Source: an uncultured Verrucomicrobiae bacterium
Lineage (GTDB): Bacteria; Verrucomicrobiota; Verrucomicrobiia; Limisphaerales; UBA8199
Reading direction: 5' to 3'
DNA: 64,000 bases
Assembly: GCA_963822005.1 (NCBI GenBank)
Contig: CAWGGD010000029.1
Location: 83,368-147,367 of the forward strand
The notes beneath the pieces are model-generated. The model was not told the DNA's origin. It made no database searches and was given only the letters and a program-made list of their open reading frames with translations. Made by a program: the position numbers and the translations under genes. Of the stretch, positions 1 to 9,718 are shown piece by piece. The stretch's first letter is position 1; each line of letters starts with the position of its first letter.

Positions 1-281
1 TTGCCACCCCGAAAATCCGGCCCAAGCACGTTTTGCAGGACGTTTGGCGCTTTTTCCATGACCCCCTTAGGGCATATCCGGTAGAATTCGAGGAACTGGC
101 CAATGCAGATGAAATTGCCTGTAATGAGAATGTCCCGGGCGCGAAAGTCGGTCTTGCGCGAACTGGCGCTGGGAGTCGCCACCCTCCGGACCCGCGGTGC
201 GCCGGGCCCGCTATTCACAATCAAACCGGGCAGTTACACCTGGCCTGATACGATTCAAAGGTTGCCTCATCCCTAGCTTCT

Positions 282-3200
282 ATGGAAACGACTTCGCCTG
301 CCTTCCGACTGTCGCGCCCCGGCCCGCCGGCGTGGGCACTTCACACGTTTCTGGTGCTGCTTCTTGGCCTGGCGAACGCGCCCCCGGCAGCCGCCAACAC
401 CACTGTCAGTCACTTGCGCTGTGAATATCTTGAAAACCCGATCGGTATTGATGTCACGCAGCCGCGGCTCAGTTGGGAAGTGGTTTCCCGCGCGCGCGGC
501 CAGCGCCAGACCGCTTACCAGGTCCTGGTGGCCGGCAGCGAGACCGGTCTCATAGCGAATCAGGGTGATTTGTGGGACAGCGGCAAAGTGGTTTCGGACC
601 AATCCATCCAGGTTCGCTATGGGGGCAAATCACTTGCCTCTCATACGGCATGTGTCTGGAAGGTGCGAGTGTGGGACAGGGATGACCGTGCCTCGACCTG
701 GAGCGCCCCGGCGAAGTGGACGATGGGGATACTTCGGCCGGCGGATTGGCAGGCTAAATGGATCGGACTCGATGGAAAAGAAGTCACTAACTTTCTGGCG
801 GGCACCGACTGGATTTGGTTTCCGGAAGGCCAGCCCGAGAAATTTGCCCGCCCCGGCACGAACTATTTTCGCCGTGCCATCGTCATCCCGCCAGACCGCC
901 AAATCAAGTGCGCACGTTTTCTTTACACTGGTGACAACGAATGCCGGGGCTGGATCAATGGCCGCGACATCGGAGCCAGGAATAACTACCGGACAGTCAA
1001 GGATACCGATATTACCTACCGGCTTGAGCCAGGGACGAATATCCTCGGATTCACAGGGCGCAACACCGGCTCCGCCCCCAAGCCCGCGGGCGTCGTGGGC
1101 CGGCTGGACATCGAATTCATGGGAGGCGGCCAGATGGTCATCACGACCGATGAAGACTGGAAGGTTTCGGACAAAGAAGTTCCAGGCTGGAATGAAATCG
1201 CATTTGACGACTCTGCCTGGCGCTCAGCGAAGAAGCTTGGCCCCGCAGGCATGGAACCCTGGGGCAATGTGCGCGTCTCCGAATCGCGCCGGCAGCCGGC
1301 TCGCTGGCTGCGGAAGGAGTTCGCCCTGGAAAAGAAGGTCCGGCGCGCCGTGGTTTACTACAGTGGGCTGGGCCTGTCGGAGCTCTATCTGAACGGCGAG
1401 AAAGTAGGCGACCATGTCCTTTCGCCCGGACTCACCCAGTATTCCAAGCGGGTGTTTTATGTGACCTTCGACGTCACAAGACAACTGCGCCGCGGTGCAA
1501 ACGCCGTTGGTGCGGTGCTGGGCAACGGCCGGTACTACGCCGACCGAAGCAAGGTGTATGCGGGAACCGTCAGTTTCGGCTTTCCCAAACTGCTCCTGCA
1601 CCTGCGCGTCGAGAATGCCGACGGGTCGGTCTCTGAAATCGTCAGTGATGAATCCTGGAAGTTAACGACGGACGGTCCGATTCTCGCCAACAGCGAGTTC
1701 GATGGGGAGGAATACGATGCGCGCAGGGAATTCGCCGGCTGGAGCCAGCCAGGGTTTGACGATTCGCGGTGGGGACCGGCTCAAATCGTTGCCGCGCCGG
1801 CGGGCGAAGTGGTGTCGCAGATGATCGAACCTATCCGCGTCGTCCAGACCCTCAGGCCGGTGGCGGTGCGCGAGCCGAAACCAGGGGTGTTCGTTTTTGA
1901 TTTGGGCCAAAATATGGTTGGGTGGTGCCGGCTTCACCTGTCGGGCCCAGCCGGCACACCGGTATCGTTGCGTCATGCGGAGACGCTCAAGCCGGACGGT
2001 ACGCTTTACCTGTCCAACCTCCGCGGGGCCAAGGTGACCGACACCTACATCCTGAAAGGCAAGGGCAGGGAGATTTGGGAACCACGCTTTACCTATCACG
2101 GGTTTCGCTACGTCGAGGTTAAAGGTTTCCCCGGCAAACCGAGCCTTTCGGCGCTGGAGGGCCGAGTTGTTCATGATGATTTGAAGTCTGCGGGGGAGTT
2201 CACGTGCTCAAATCCGCTGCTCAATCGAATCTACCGGAACATCTTCTGGGGGGTGCGCGGCAATTACCGCAGCATCCCGACCGATTGCCCGCAGCGAGAC
2301 GAGCGGCAGGGCTGGCTGGGAGACCGTTCGGAGGAATGCGGCGGCGAAACCTACTTGTTCCATAACGCCGCGCTCTACGCGAAATGGCTGCAGGACATGG
2401 CTGACGCGCAGAAGGAGAGCGGCAGTGTGCCGGATGTCTGCCCGGCTTACTGGCCGGTTTATTCGGACAACGTGACTTGGCCCAGCAGCAGCATAATCAT
2501 CCCCGGACTGCTTCAACGCCAATTTGGCGACACGGCGATCGTCGCGGCTCATTATGGCAGCGCGAGCAACTGGATGGACTACATGCTGGGCTTTGTGACC
2601 AACGGCATCATTTCGAAAGACGCTTATGGTGACTGGTGCGTGCCGCCGGAAGATCCGAAGCTGATCCATTCCAAAGACCCCAATCGCCAGACGGACAAGT
2701 CGCTGCTGGCTACCGCCTATTTCTATTACGACCTGCGGCTCATGGCGCGCTACGCGAAGATGCTGGACAAAGCGGACGAAGCGCGCCGGTTCAGCCAGTT
2801 GGCCGAGGGTGTCAAAGCGGCGTTCAACGGGAAATTCCTGAACCGCAAACTCGGCCAGTATGACAACGGCACACAAACCTCGTGCGTGCTCCCCCTCGCG
2901 TTTGGACTGGCACCGGAAGAGCTTCGCAGCCGGATCTTTGAGCGGTTGGTGCGCAAAATCACTGAGGAAAGCAAAGGCCACATCGGCACGGGGCTGATCG
3001 GCGGCCAGTACCTGAATCGCATATTGTCGGATAATGGCCGCGCCGACCTGGCATACACCATCGCCACACAGGAAGATTATCCGAGCTGGGGATACATGAT
3101 TCAAAAGGGGGCCACGACGATCTGGGAGCTCTGGAACGGCGACACCGCCGATCCCACAATGAACTCAGGCAATCACGTCATGCTCGTGGGCGATCTGGTG

Positions 3201-3557
3201 ATATGGCTGTATGAATACCTCGCGGGCATCCGGCCTGACCCGGAGCGACCGGCCTTCAAGCATATCATCATGAAACCGCACCCGGTCGGCGATCTGACCT
3301 TTGTCAAAGCCACCCATCGCTCGCCCTACGGCCTCATCGCGAGCCACTGGCGAAAGACCGGTGGCGAGTTTGACTGGCAAATCACGGTCCCGGCGAATAC
3401 GACCGCAACCGTCTATGTGCCGGCCAATACCGAGGAAAGTGTGACTGAGGGCGGAAAACCAGCCAGCCAAGCCCACGGCGTTCAGTTTGTTCGCATGGAA
3501 GGCGCCCGCGCGGTCTTTCGTGTGGGTAGCGGTCGCTATCACTTTACGGGTAAATAG
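282..3557 (+). CDS. alpha-L-rhamnosidase, glycoside hydrolase family 78
   Basis: 1091-aa ORF with a hydrophobic N-terminal signal-like segment. It has the LRCEYLENPIGIDVTQPRLSWEV block that opens bacterial GH78 enzymes and the six-hairpin block ...TDCPQRDERQGWLGD.... Length is right for the family. Confidence 0.9.
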   Translation: METTSPAFRLSRPGPPAWALHTFLVLLLGLANAPPAAANTTVSHLRCEYLENPIGIDVTQPRLSWEVVSRARGQRQTAYQVLVAGSETGLIANQGDLWDSGKVVSDQSIQVRYGGKSLASHTACVWKVRVWDRDDRASTWSAPAKWTMGILRPADWQAKWIGLDGKEVTNFLAGTDWIWFPEGQPEKFARPGTNYFRRAIVIPPDRQIKCARFLYTGDNECRGWINGRDIGARNNYRTVKDTDITYRLEPGTNILGFTGRNTGSAPKPAGVVGRLDIEFMGGGQMVITTDEDWKVSDKEVPGWNEIAFDDSAWRSAKKLGPAGMEPWGNVRVSESRRQPARWLRKEFALEKKVRRAVVYYSGLGLSELYLNGEKVGDHVLSPGLTQYSKRVFYVTFDVTRQLRRGANAVGAVLGNGRYYADRSKVYAGTVSFGFPKLLLHLRVENADGSVSEIVSDESWKLTTDGPILANSEFDGEEYDARREFAGWSQPGFDDSRWGPAQIVAAPAGEVVSQMIEPIRVVQTLRPVAVREPKPGVFVFDLGQNMVGWCRLHLSGPAGTPVSLRHAETLKPDGTLYLSNLRGAKVTDTYILKGKGREIWEPRFTYHGFRYVEVKGFPGKPSLSALEGRVVHDDLKSAGEFTCSNPLLNRIYRNIFWGVRGNYRSIPTDCPQRDERQGWLGDRSEECGGETYLFHNAALYAKWLQDMADAQKESGSVPDVCPAYWPVYSDNVTWPSSSIIIPGLLQRQFGDTAIVAAHYGSASNWMDYMLGFVTNGIISKDAYGDWCVPPEDPKLIHSKDPNRQTDKSLLATAYFYYDLRLMARYAKMLDKADEARRFSQLAEGVKAAFNGKFLNRKLGQYDNGTQTSCVLPLAFGLAPEELRSRIFERLVRKITEESKGHIGTGLIGGQYLNRILSDNGRADLAYTIATQEDYPSWGYMIQKGATTIWELWNGDTADPTMNSGNHVMLVGDLVIWLYEYLAGIRPDPERPAFKHIIMKPHPVGDLTFVKATHRSPYGLIASHWRKTGGEFDWQITVPANTTATVYVPANTEESVTEGGKPASQAHGVQFVRMEGARAVFRVGSGRYHFTGK

Positions 3558-3601
3558 CTCGACACGGAGAGGATCACGTCCGCATAAACGAACAGCAAAC
3601 T

Positions 3602-4705
3602 GTGACTACTACCTGCCGACCACATGCCGTGTGCGTAGGACTCCTGATGACTATATGCGACTTCGCTGGTGCTGCACCGGGTCTGTTGAAATCTGAATTC
3701 ATTTATGAGGCCGCCCCGTTTCCGTCCTGCCACGCCTCGACGATCGCGGAGACGAGGGCCGGCCTAGTGGCAGCGTGGTTCGGGGGCACCCGCGAGCGGC
3801 ATCCGGACGTAGGCATCTGGCTTTCACGACTGGTCGCTGGCCGCTGGACTGCCCCCGTGGAGGTCGCCAGTGGAGTGCAATCGCCCACCAATCGTTTCCC
3901 TTGTTGGAACCCGGTGCTGTCTCAGCCCCGGACCGGGCCGCTGCTGCTCTTTTACAAAGTGGGGCCGAGTCCGAGCGCCTGGTGGGGCATGTTGACAACT
4001 TCGGAAGACGACGGGCGGACCTGGTCCAAACCGCGTCGGCTGCCCGAGGGCATCCTTGGCCCGATCAAGAACAAACCCGTCCAACTGGCCAACAGCGACC
4101 TGCTGTGCCCGACCAGCACGGAGCACGATGGCTGGCGCGTGCATTTCGAGCGCACCAGCGACCTGGGCCGGACTTGGAACGCCACGTCGCCCATCAATGA
4201 CGGAAAGGAGATCGGCGCGATTCAGCCCAGCATCCTGTTCCACAAAGATGGCCGTCTGCAGGCCGTCGGCCGCACACGACAGGGCAGGATTTTCCAGGTC
4301 TGGTCTGAGAACGAAGGGACGAGCTGGGGCAAGATGACATTGACCTCGCTGCCGAATCCGAACTCCGGGACGGATGCAGTGACACTCAAGGACGGACGCC
4401 AACTGCTGGTCTATAACCATAACGCCGCCCCCAAGGGCCGCAGCCCGCTCAACGTGGCTGTCTCCGCCGCTGGCCAGGAATGGCAGGCAGCGCTGGTGTT
4501 GGAAGACGAACCGGGGAAGGAGTTCTCGTATCCAGCCGTGATCCAGACGAAGGACGGCCTCGTCCACATCACATACACCTGGAAACGGGAGCGCATCAAG
4601 CACGCGGTGGTTGATCCGGCGAAGCTGCAACTGCGCTCTATGGTGCAGGGCGCATGGCCAAAGGAACTGGAGCTGTTCCGTAGCAATACCAGCGAACAAC
4701 CATGA
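3602..4705 (+). CDS. BNR/Asp-box sialidase-fold beta-propeller protein (exo-alpha-sialidase family, GH33-like)
   Basis: 367-aa ORF with three Asp-box repeats (SEDDGRTW, SDLGRTW, SENEGTSW) and the FPSCHASTIAE N-terminal block of the BNR sialidase-like family. GTG start at 3602; alternative ATG at 3647. Confidence 0.75.
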   Translation: MTTTCRPHAVCVGLLMTICDFAGAAPGLLKSEFIYEAAPFPSCHASTIAETRAGLVAAWFGGTRERHPDVGIWLSRLVAGRWTAPVEVASGVQSPTNRFPCWNPVLSQPRTGPLLLFYKVGPSPSAWWGMLTTSEDDGRTWSKPRRLPEGILGPIKNKPVQLANSDLLCPTSTEHDGWRVHFERTSDLGRTWNATSPINDGKEIGAIQPSILFHKDGRLQAVGRTRQGRIFQVWSENEGTSWGKMTLTSLPNPNSGTDAVTLKDGRQLLVYNHNAAPKGRSPLNVAVSAAGQEWQAALVLEDEPGKEFSYPAVIQTKDGLVHITYTWKRERIKHAVVDPAKLQLRSMVQGAWPKELELFRSNTSEQP

Positions 4706-5931
4706 GCATGTTTGACACAACAGGCAAGGAGACCGACCAGGCTGGCCGCAGCGGAGGCACGCTGCGCAAGCTCGAACGAATGAACCGCGCCCTCCGGCAG
4801 CAGGAGCCGGATCGCGTGCCGGTCAGCGATTTCTTTTGGGGCAGCTTCATCGAGCGCTGGCGGCGCGAACTGGGCCTGGCCGTGGATGCCAACCCCTATT
4901 ACCACTACGATCTCGATTGGATCGTGACCGTGCCCAACATGGACCCGTGGATTCGGCCCTTCGAGACCATCAAAGAGACCGCTGAGGAAGTCGTGGTCAA
5001 GACCGGCTTCGGCGCGGTCATGCACAAGCATTTCGAGTTTCCCATGCCGGAAATGCGGAGCTGGGAAACCGATACATTCGAGAAGCTGGGGCGAGTCGAG
5101 TTCGATGACCCGCGCGACCCGCGGCGTTTCTTCGCGGCCGGCGATAACCAGATTGCCGGCGTGGGCGACGGGTTTCAGCGCAACACACCTCCGTGGATTG
5201 ATACGGTCAAGTCGCTGCGGCCGGACTTCCCGGTGTATGGGAGCATGATCGAGGTCAGCGAATGCCTGACGCGGCTGATCGGCCAGGCCAACACCATGCT
5301 CTGGATGGGCGAATTCCCCGAGCGGATGGGAGCGGTGATCGCACGCCTCGGCGCTTTCTATCTCGAAATGGCCAAGGCTGAAATCGAAGCTGGGTCGGGC
5401 TTGCTCGATGGTTTTGTCATTTGGGGTGATGTCGCTTACAAGAAAAGCACTTTCATGTCGCCCAGCTACTGGCGCGAGCACTTCAAGCCGTGGGTAGCAC
5501 AAATGGTCCAGCTCGCCCATGCCCGCGGACTACCGGTGATCTATCACGGTTGCGGCAACGTGAAGGCGATCTTCCCCGACTACATCGACTTGGGCATCGA
5601 AGCCTACAACCCCCTCGAGGCGAAAGCCGGCATGGATGTGTTGGAATTGCGCCGCCGCTACGGGCAGGCGATTGGCCTCTGCGGCAACAGCAACATTCAA
5701 GTCTGGGAAAGCGGCGACCGTGCGGCCATCCGCCGCGAGGTCTTGCGCAAGCTCAACGCCGCCAAAGGCGGCGGCTATATCTTCCAGTCCGACCACTCGG
5801 TTAGCAGCGCTGTCTCCGGCTACACCTACGACTACATCATCAAACTGGTTCGCCAATACGGCCAATACCCCCTCCAACTGGGCGAATTCGACGAGCCGCT
5901 CCCAAGCGTGACTCCAGGCACTAGCCCCTAA
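4702..5931 (+). CDS. uroporphyrinogen decarboxylase (URO-D/MtaA-like) family protein
   Basis: 409-aa ORF whose ATG overlaps the upstream stop (ATGA at 4702-4705). URO-D-fold blocks ...PVIYHGCGNVKAIFPDYIDLGIEAYNPLE... and ...GGGYIFQSDHS... near the C-terminus. Confidence 0.75.
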   Translation: MSMFDTTGKETDQAGRSGGTLRKLERMNRALRQQEPDRVPVSDFFWGSFIERWRRELGLAVDANPYYHYDLDWIVTVPNMDPWIRPFETIKETAEEVVVKTGFGAVMHKHFEFPMPEMRSWETDTFEKLGRVEFDDPRDPRRFFAAGDNQIAGVGDGFQRNTPPWIDTVKSLRPDFPVYGSMIEVSECLTRLIGQANTMLWMGEFPERMGAVIARLGAFYLEMAKAEIEAGSGLLDGFVIWGDVAYKKSTFMSPSYWREHFKPWVAQMVQLAHARGLPVIYHGCGNVKAIFPDYIDLGIEAYNPLEAKAGMDVLELRRRYGQAIGLCGNSNIQVWESGDRAAIRREVLRKLNAAKGGGYIFQSDHSVSSAVSGYTYDYIIKLVRQYGQYPLQLGEFDEPLPSVTPGTSP

Positions 5932-5947
5932 TCAACCCCCACCTCAC

Positions 5948-7000
5948 ATGCCCACAGTCACTTCCAACCCCCTGCTAGGCGTGGTGATGCACGCGGTCGG
6001 CGCCTTCTTCGCCGCAACCTGTTACACGCCGCAAAAGCAGGTCAAGCACTGGTCCTGGCAGACGTACTGGATCACACAAGCCGCATTCTGCTGGTTCCTG
6101 CTGCCGATCGTCGGGGCAATGCTCACGATTCCCGACCTGAAGGCGGTGCTTCGTGAAGCGCCAAGCGGCGCGATGTGGAACTCGTTCTTGCTGGGCGCGG
6201 CTTACGGGATCGGCGGAACCGCTTTCGGCATCTCCATTCGCTACATTGGTTTCTCGCTCACTTATTCCATTGCCGTCGGGCTGTCGAGCGTGCTGGGCAC
6301 GCTGATCCCGCCGCTGGTCAAAGGGACGCTGGCGGCGACGCTGAGCAAGACTGGCGCGGGCTGGGTAATCGCGGGTATTGTCGTCGGCACAGCCGGCATC
6401 GCCTTGACGGGGCTGGCAGGACGCCTCAAGGAAGTGGACCTGACCCGGCAGGAGGGCAAGGGCGAGTTTTCTCTGGCGAAGGGCCTGGGGTTGTCGCTGC
6501 TGGCCGGGGTGTTGTCGGCCGTCTATGGCTTTGCGCTGGAAGCAGGCGAACCGATTGCCGACGTGGCCAGCGCCCACGGCGCGGGGGTGTTCCGCGGCAA
6601 CGTCGTCTATATCTTCTCGAACAGCGGCGCATTTCTGACTACCGCGATCTATTGTCTCTATCTGCACGCGCGGCATCGGACACTCAGCGAGCTGGTGGAA
6701 TTGCCGGCGGGATCGGAGGAGGCGCGGCTCCCCGTCAACTTCCTGATGGCCCTCAGCACGGGCCTGTTATGGTACGGGCAGTTCTTCTTCTACAATCTCG
6801 GGCACGTCCGCATGGGTCATTACAAATTCACAAGCTGGACGATCCATATGATCATGCTGGTGCTGTTCAGCAACCTGGTTGGGCTCGCCTTGCGCGAGTG
6901 GCGCCGGTGCCGGCGGCGTGACCGATGTGACCATCAACTTTGCCTTGCTGGTGCTGGTGGCAGCGGTCTTACTCCTGACGTATGGAAACTACCTGGGTGA
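5948..7000 (+). CDS. rhaT: L-rhamnose/H+ symporter RhaT (last ~30 codons out of frame; intact reading would end at 7013)
   Basis: 350-aa polytopic membrane ORF. The N-terminus (GVVMHAVGAFFAATCYTPQKQVKHWSWQTYW...) matches the RhaT family, and the gene sits between GH78 and rhaM. After ...LALREW the given frame turns into an Arg/Cys-rich tail, while the +1 frame continues as a transmembrane helix to 7013. Confidence 0.85.
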   Translation: MPTVTSNPLLGVVMHAVGAFFAATCYTPQKQVKHWSWQTYWITQAAFCWFLLPIVGAMLTIPDLKAVLREAPSGAMWNSFLLGAAYGIGGTAFGISIRYIGFSLTYSIAVGLSSVLGTLIPPLVKGTLAATLSKTGAGWVIAGIVVGTAGIALTGLAGRLKEVDLTRQEGKGEFSLAKGLGLSLLAGVLSAVYGFALEAGEPIADVASAHGAGVFRGNVVYIFSNSGAFLTTAIYCLYLHARHRTLSELVELPAGSEEARLPVNFLMALSTGLLWYGQFFFYNLGHVRMGHYKFTSWTIHMIMLVLFSNLVGLALREWRRCRRRDRCDHQLCLAGAGGSGLTPDVWKLPG

Positions 7001-7009
7001 CCAGGCGCA

Positions 7010-7405
7010 ATGACCGCCGGTGATTGGCAACCGGCGACTGGCCCCGGAGTTCGTCCTGATATGCTTATGAAACGATACGGAATGGTGATTGGCCTTAGGC
7101 CTGAGAAAATCGCGGAATACAAGAAGCTGCACGCCGCCGTCTGGCCCGACGTGCTGAAGATGATCAAGCAGTGCCACATCAGCAACTACTCGATCTATCT
7201 GCGGCAGCTCGACGACGGCAGCCACTACCTCTTCAGCTACTTCGAATACACCGGCGAGGATTTCAAGGGTGACATGGCGAAGATGGCGGCCGACCCCACC
7301 ACGCAGAAGTGGTGGGCGGTCTGCATGCCCTGCCAGAAACCGCTGGCGAACCGGGCGGCAGACGAGTGGTGGGCCGGAATGGAGGAAGTGTTCCACGCGG
7401 ATTGA
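7010..7405 (+). CDS. rhaM: L-rhamnose mutarotase
   Basis: 131-aa ORF. The real start may be ATG 7061 or 7067, giving about 112 aa. MKRYGMVIGLRPEKIAEYKKLHAAVWPDV...NYSIYL...LFSYFEYTGEDF are RhaM/YiiL-type motifs. ATG 7010 forms an ATGA overlap with the corrected rhaT stop. Confidence 0.85.
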   Translation: MTAGDWQPATGPGVRPDMLMKRYGMVIGLRPEKIAEYKKLHAAVWPDVLKMIKQCHISNYSIYLRQLDDGSHYLFSYFEYTGEDFKGDMAKMAADPTTQKWWAVCMPCQKPLANRAADEWWAGMEEVFHAD

Positions 7406-7410
7406 ATCGT

Positions 7411-9718
7411 ATGAGAGAAGGACGCCGATGGTTGATGGTGGGGGTGCTGCTGAGCCTGTTCCCGCATTCCTTCGCGAGCCGGCTGATGGCCGCGTCGCCC
7501 AATGAACTGGACCGCTACAACGTCGTCTGGGACACCCCCAGCCGCAACGCCTCCGGCGCGATGCCCATCGGCAATGGCGAGGTCGGGCTCAACCTTTGGG
7601 TGGAGGAAGACGGCGACCTGCTGTTCTACATCTCGCGGACCGACGCCTGGAGCGAGGCGTGCCGATTGCTGAAGCTGGGCCGCATTCGCCTGAGCCTCTC
7701 ACCGAACCCGTTCGCCAAGGGCTGCCGCGTTCCGGCAGGAACTGAAGCTGCGCGACGGCTGCATCGAGATCGCAGCCGGGCCGACGGGCGAGGCCACGAA
7801 GCTGAAGGTGTTCGTGGACGCCAATGCGCCCGTGGTGCATGTGATCGGCGAGTGCGAGCAGGCGCGCGTCGTCAAGGCAACGCTCGAAACCTGGCGCACG
7901 GAAAAGAAGGTGCTCAAGGGCGACGAGTTGGGCTCAAGTTGGACGATGCAGCGCGCGCCGGCCGAGATCGAGGTCTGGGAGGCGGCGGACGTGATTGCCG
8001 ATCAGCCGTCGGAAGCGATAACCTGGTATCATCGCAACGAACATTCCGTCGTGCCGCTCACCTTGAAACATCAGGGCATTGATGCCTTCGCCAATCTGGT
8101 TGCGGATCCGCTGCTCAATCGCACCTTCGGAGGGCGGATGGCGGCGCGGGGATTCATGCGGCACGGCCGCCGCACGCTTGAGTCTGATGGCCCGGTTCGC
8201 CATTTCACGCTCCAGATCGCGACGCATTCGGCGCAGACCTCGACCGCCGGTTTGTGGAAAAAGCAGCTCCAGGCGATTGCGGCCCGATTCTCCGATTCCG
8301 CCTCCAGAGCGGGCGCGACCGCCACCTGGTGGCACGAGTTCTGGGATCGCAGTTGGATTTTTGTGGAGGGCGACCACGAAGGCTCAGGCACCAATGTGGA
8401 TGCAAGGCGCTCGCCCATCACCCAGGCTTACATTCTGCAACGCTGGATGGCCGCTTGTGCGGGGCGCGGCAACTACCCGATCAAGTTTAACGGCTCCATT
8501 TTCACGGTTGATCCCGAGTTCAGCGGTGGTCCCAAGCTCGATGCTGACTGGCGCAAGTGGGGCGATTGCTACTGGTGGCAGAACACACGCTTACCCCCCT
8601 ACGCGGCGATCGCTAGTGGTGACTACGATCAGTGTCGGGCGTTGTTCCGGATGTATCAGGAAGTCTTGCCGGTTTGCCGTGCGCGCACAAAATCCTACTA
8701 CGGCGCCGACGGAGTCTATTTCCCCGAAACGATGACCATTTTCGGCACCTACGCCAACTGCGACTATGGCTGGAAGCGTCAAGGCCACAAACCCAACGAG
8801 GTGCTTTGTCCGTGGTGGTGCTATGCTTGGCAGCAGGGCCTCGAATTGGTGATGCTCATGCAGGATTACTATGACCACACCCGGGATCGGCGCTTTCTCC
8901 GAAAGGACCTGCTGCCCATGGCGGCTGAGGTGTTGCGGTATTACGACACGCGGTTCGCGCGCGATCAGGCCGGGAAACTGGTCATCAGCCCAACTCAGGC
9001 CGTCGAAACATATTGGCACGGTGTGACCAACGACACTCCGAGTGTGGCCGGCTTGAACGCCGTGCTCAACCGCTTGCTGGCGTTGCCGAGAGGGCAGGTG
9101 CCCGCGCGCGACCGCGAGCTGTGGGCAAAGCTGAAGGAGGCCACGCCTCCCGTTCCGGTCCGCCGCGAAGGGGACAGGAGCTTCGTGCTCCCGGCGGAGC
9201 AATTCGATCCCAAGCGCAGCAACGTCGAGAATCCCGAACTCTATGCCGTGTGGCCGTTCCGTCTGTTCGGGGTCGGCCAACCGAATCTTCCGACGGGGAC
9301 CGAGACCTTCGAGCGGCGCGTCGAGAAAGGAATGAAAGGATGGGCGTATGACGGTCAGTGCGCGGCCATCCTGGGACTTACCGACGAGGCCAAGCGCCAG
9401 ATTCTATACAAGGTCGGCAATTCGAATCCCAACCACCGCTTTCCGGCCATGTGGGGGCCCAACTATGACTGGCTGCCCGACCAGGACCACGGCAGCAATA
9501 TTATGCTAACGCTCCAGCACATGCTGCTGTTGGCGGACGGGGACCGGATCATTCTGCTGCCAGCCTGGCCCAGAGACTGGAATGTGAGCTTCAAGCTGCA
9601 CGCGCCGCGGCAGACCATCATCGAGGCGAAAGTGAAGAATGGCGAAATCGCCGAGCTTAAAGTCACGCCGGGAAGCCGGCGTAAGGATGTGGTGGTCGCA
9701 CCAGCAGTCCGAAACTGA
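7411..9718 (+). pseudogene. putative glycoside hydrolase with GH95-like/DUF5703-like N-domain and (alpha/alpha)6-like body; frameshifted at ~7720
   Basis: ORFs 7309-8082 and 7808-9718 read as one protein. The signal peptide MREGRRWLMVGVLLSLFPHSFA starts at ATG 7411, followed by ...MPIGNGEVGLNLWVEEDGDLLFYISRTDAWSE.... After ...SPNPFAKG the sequence continues in the +1 frame as AAFRQELKLRDGCIEIAAGP.... There is one extra G in the GGG run at 7719-7721. The family cannot be assigned by eye. Confidence 0.6.

Noticed and set aside
1-59. Possible 5' end of a minus-strand gene (MEKAPNVLQNVLGPDFRGG...) running off the left edge
   Set aside because: Only 19 codons are visible and there is no motif, so it cannot be supported.
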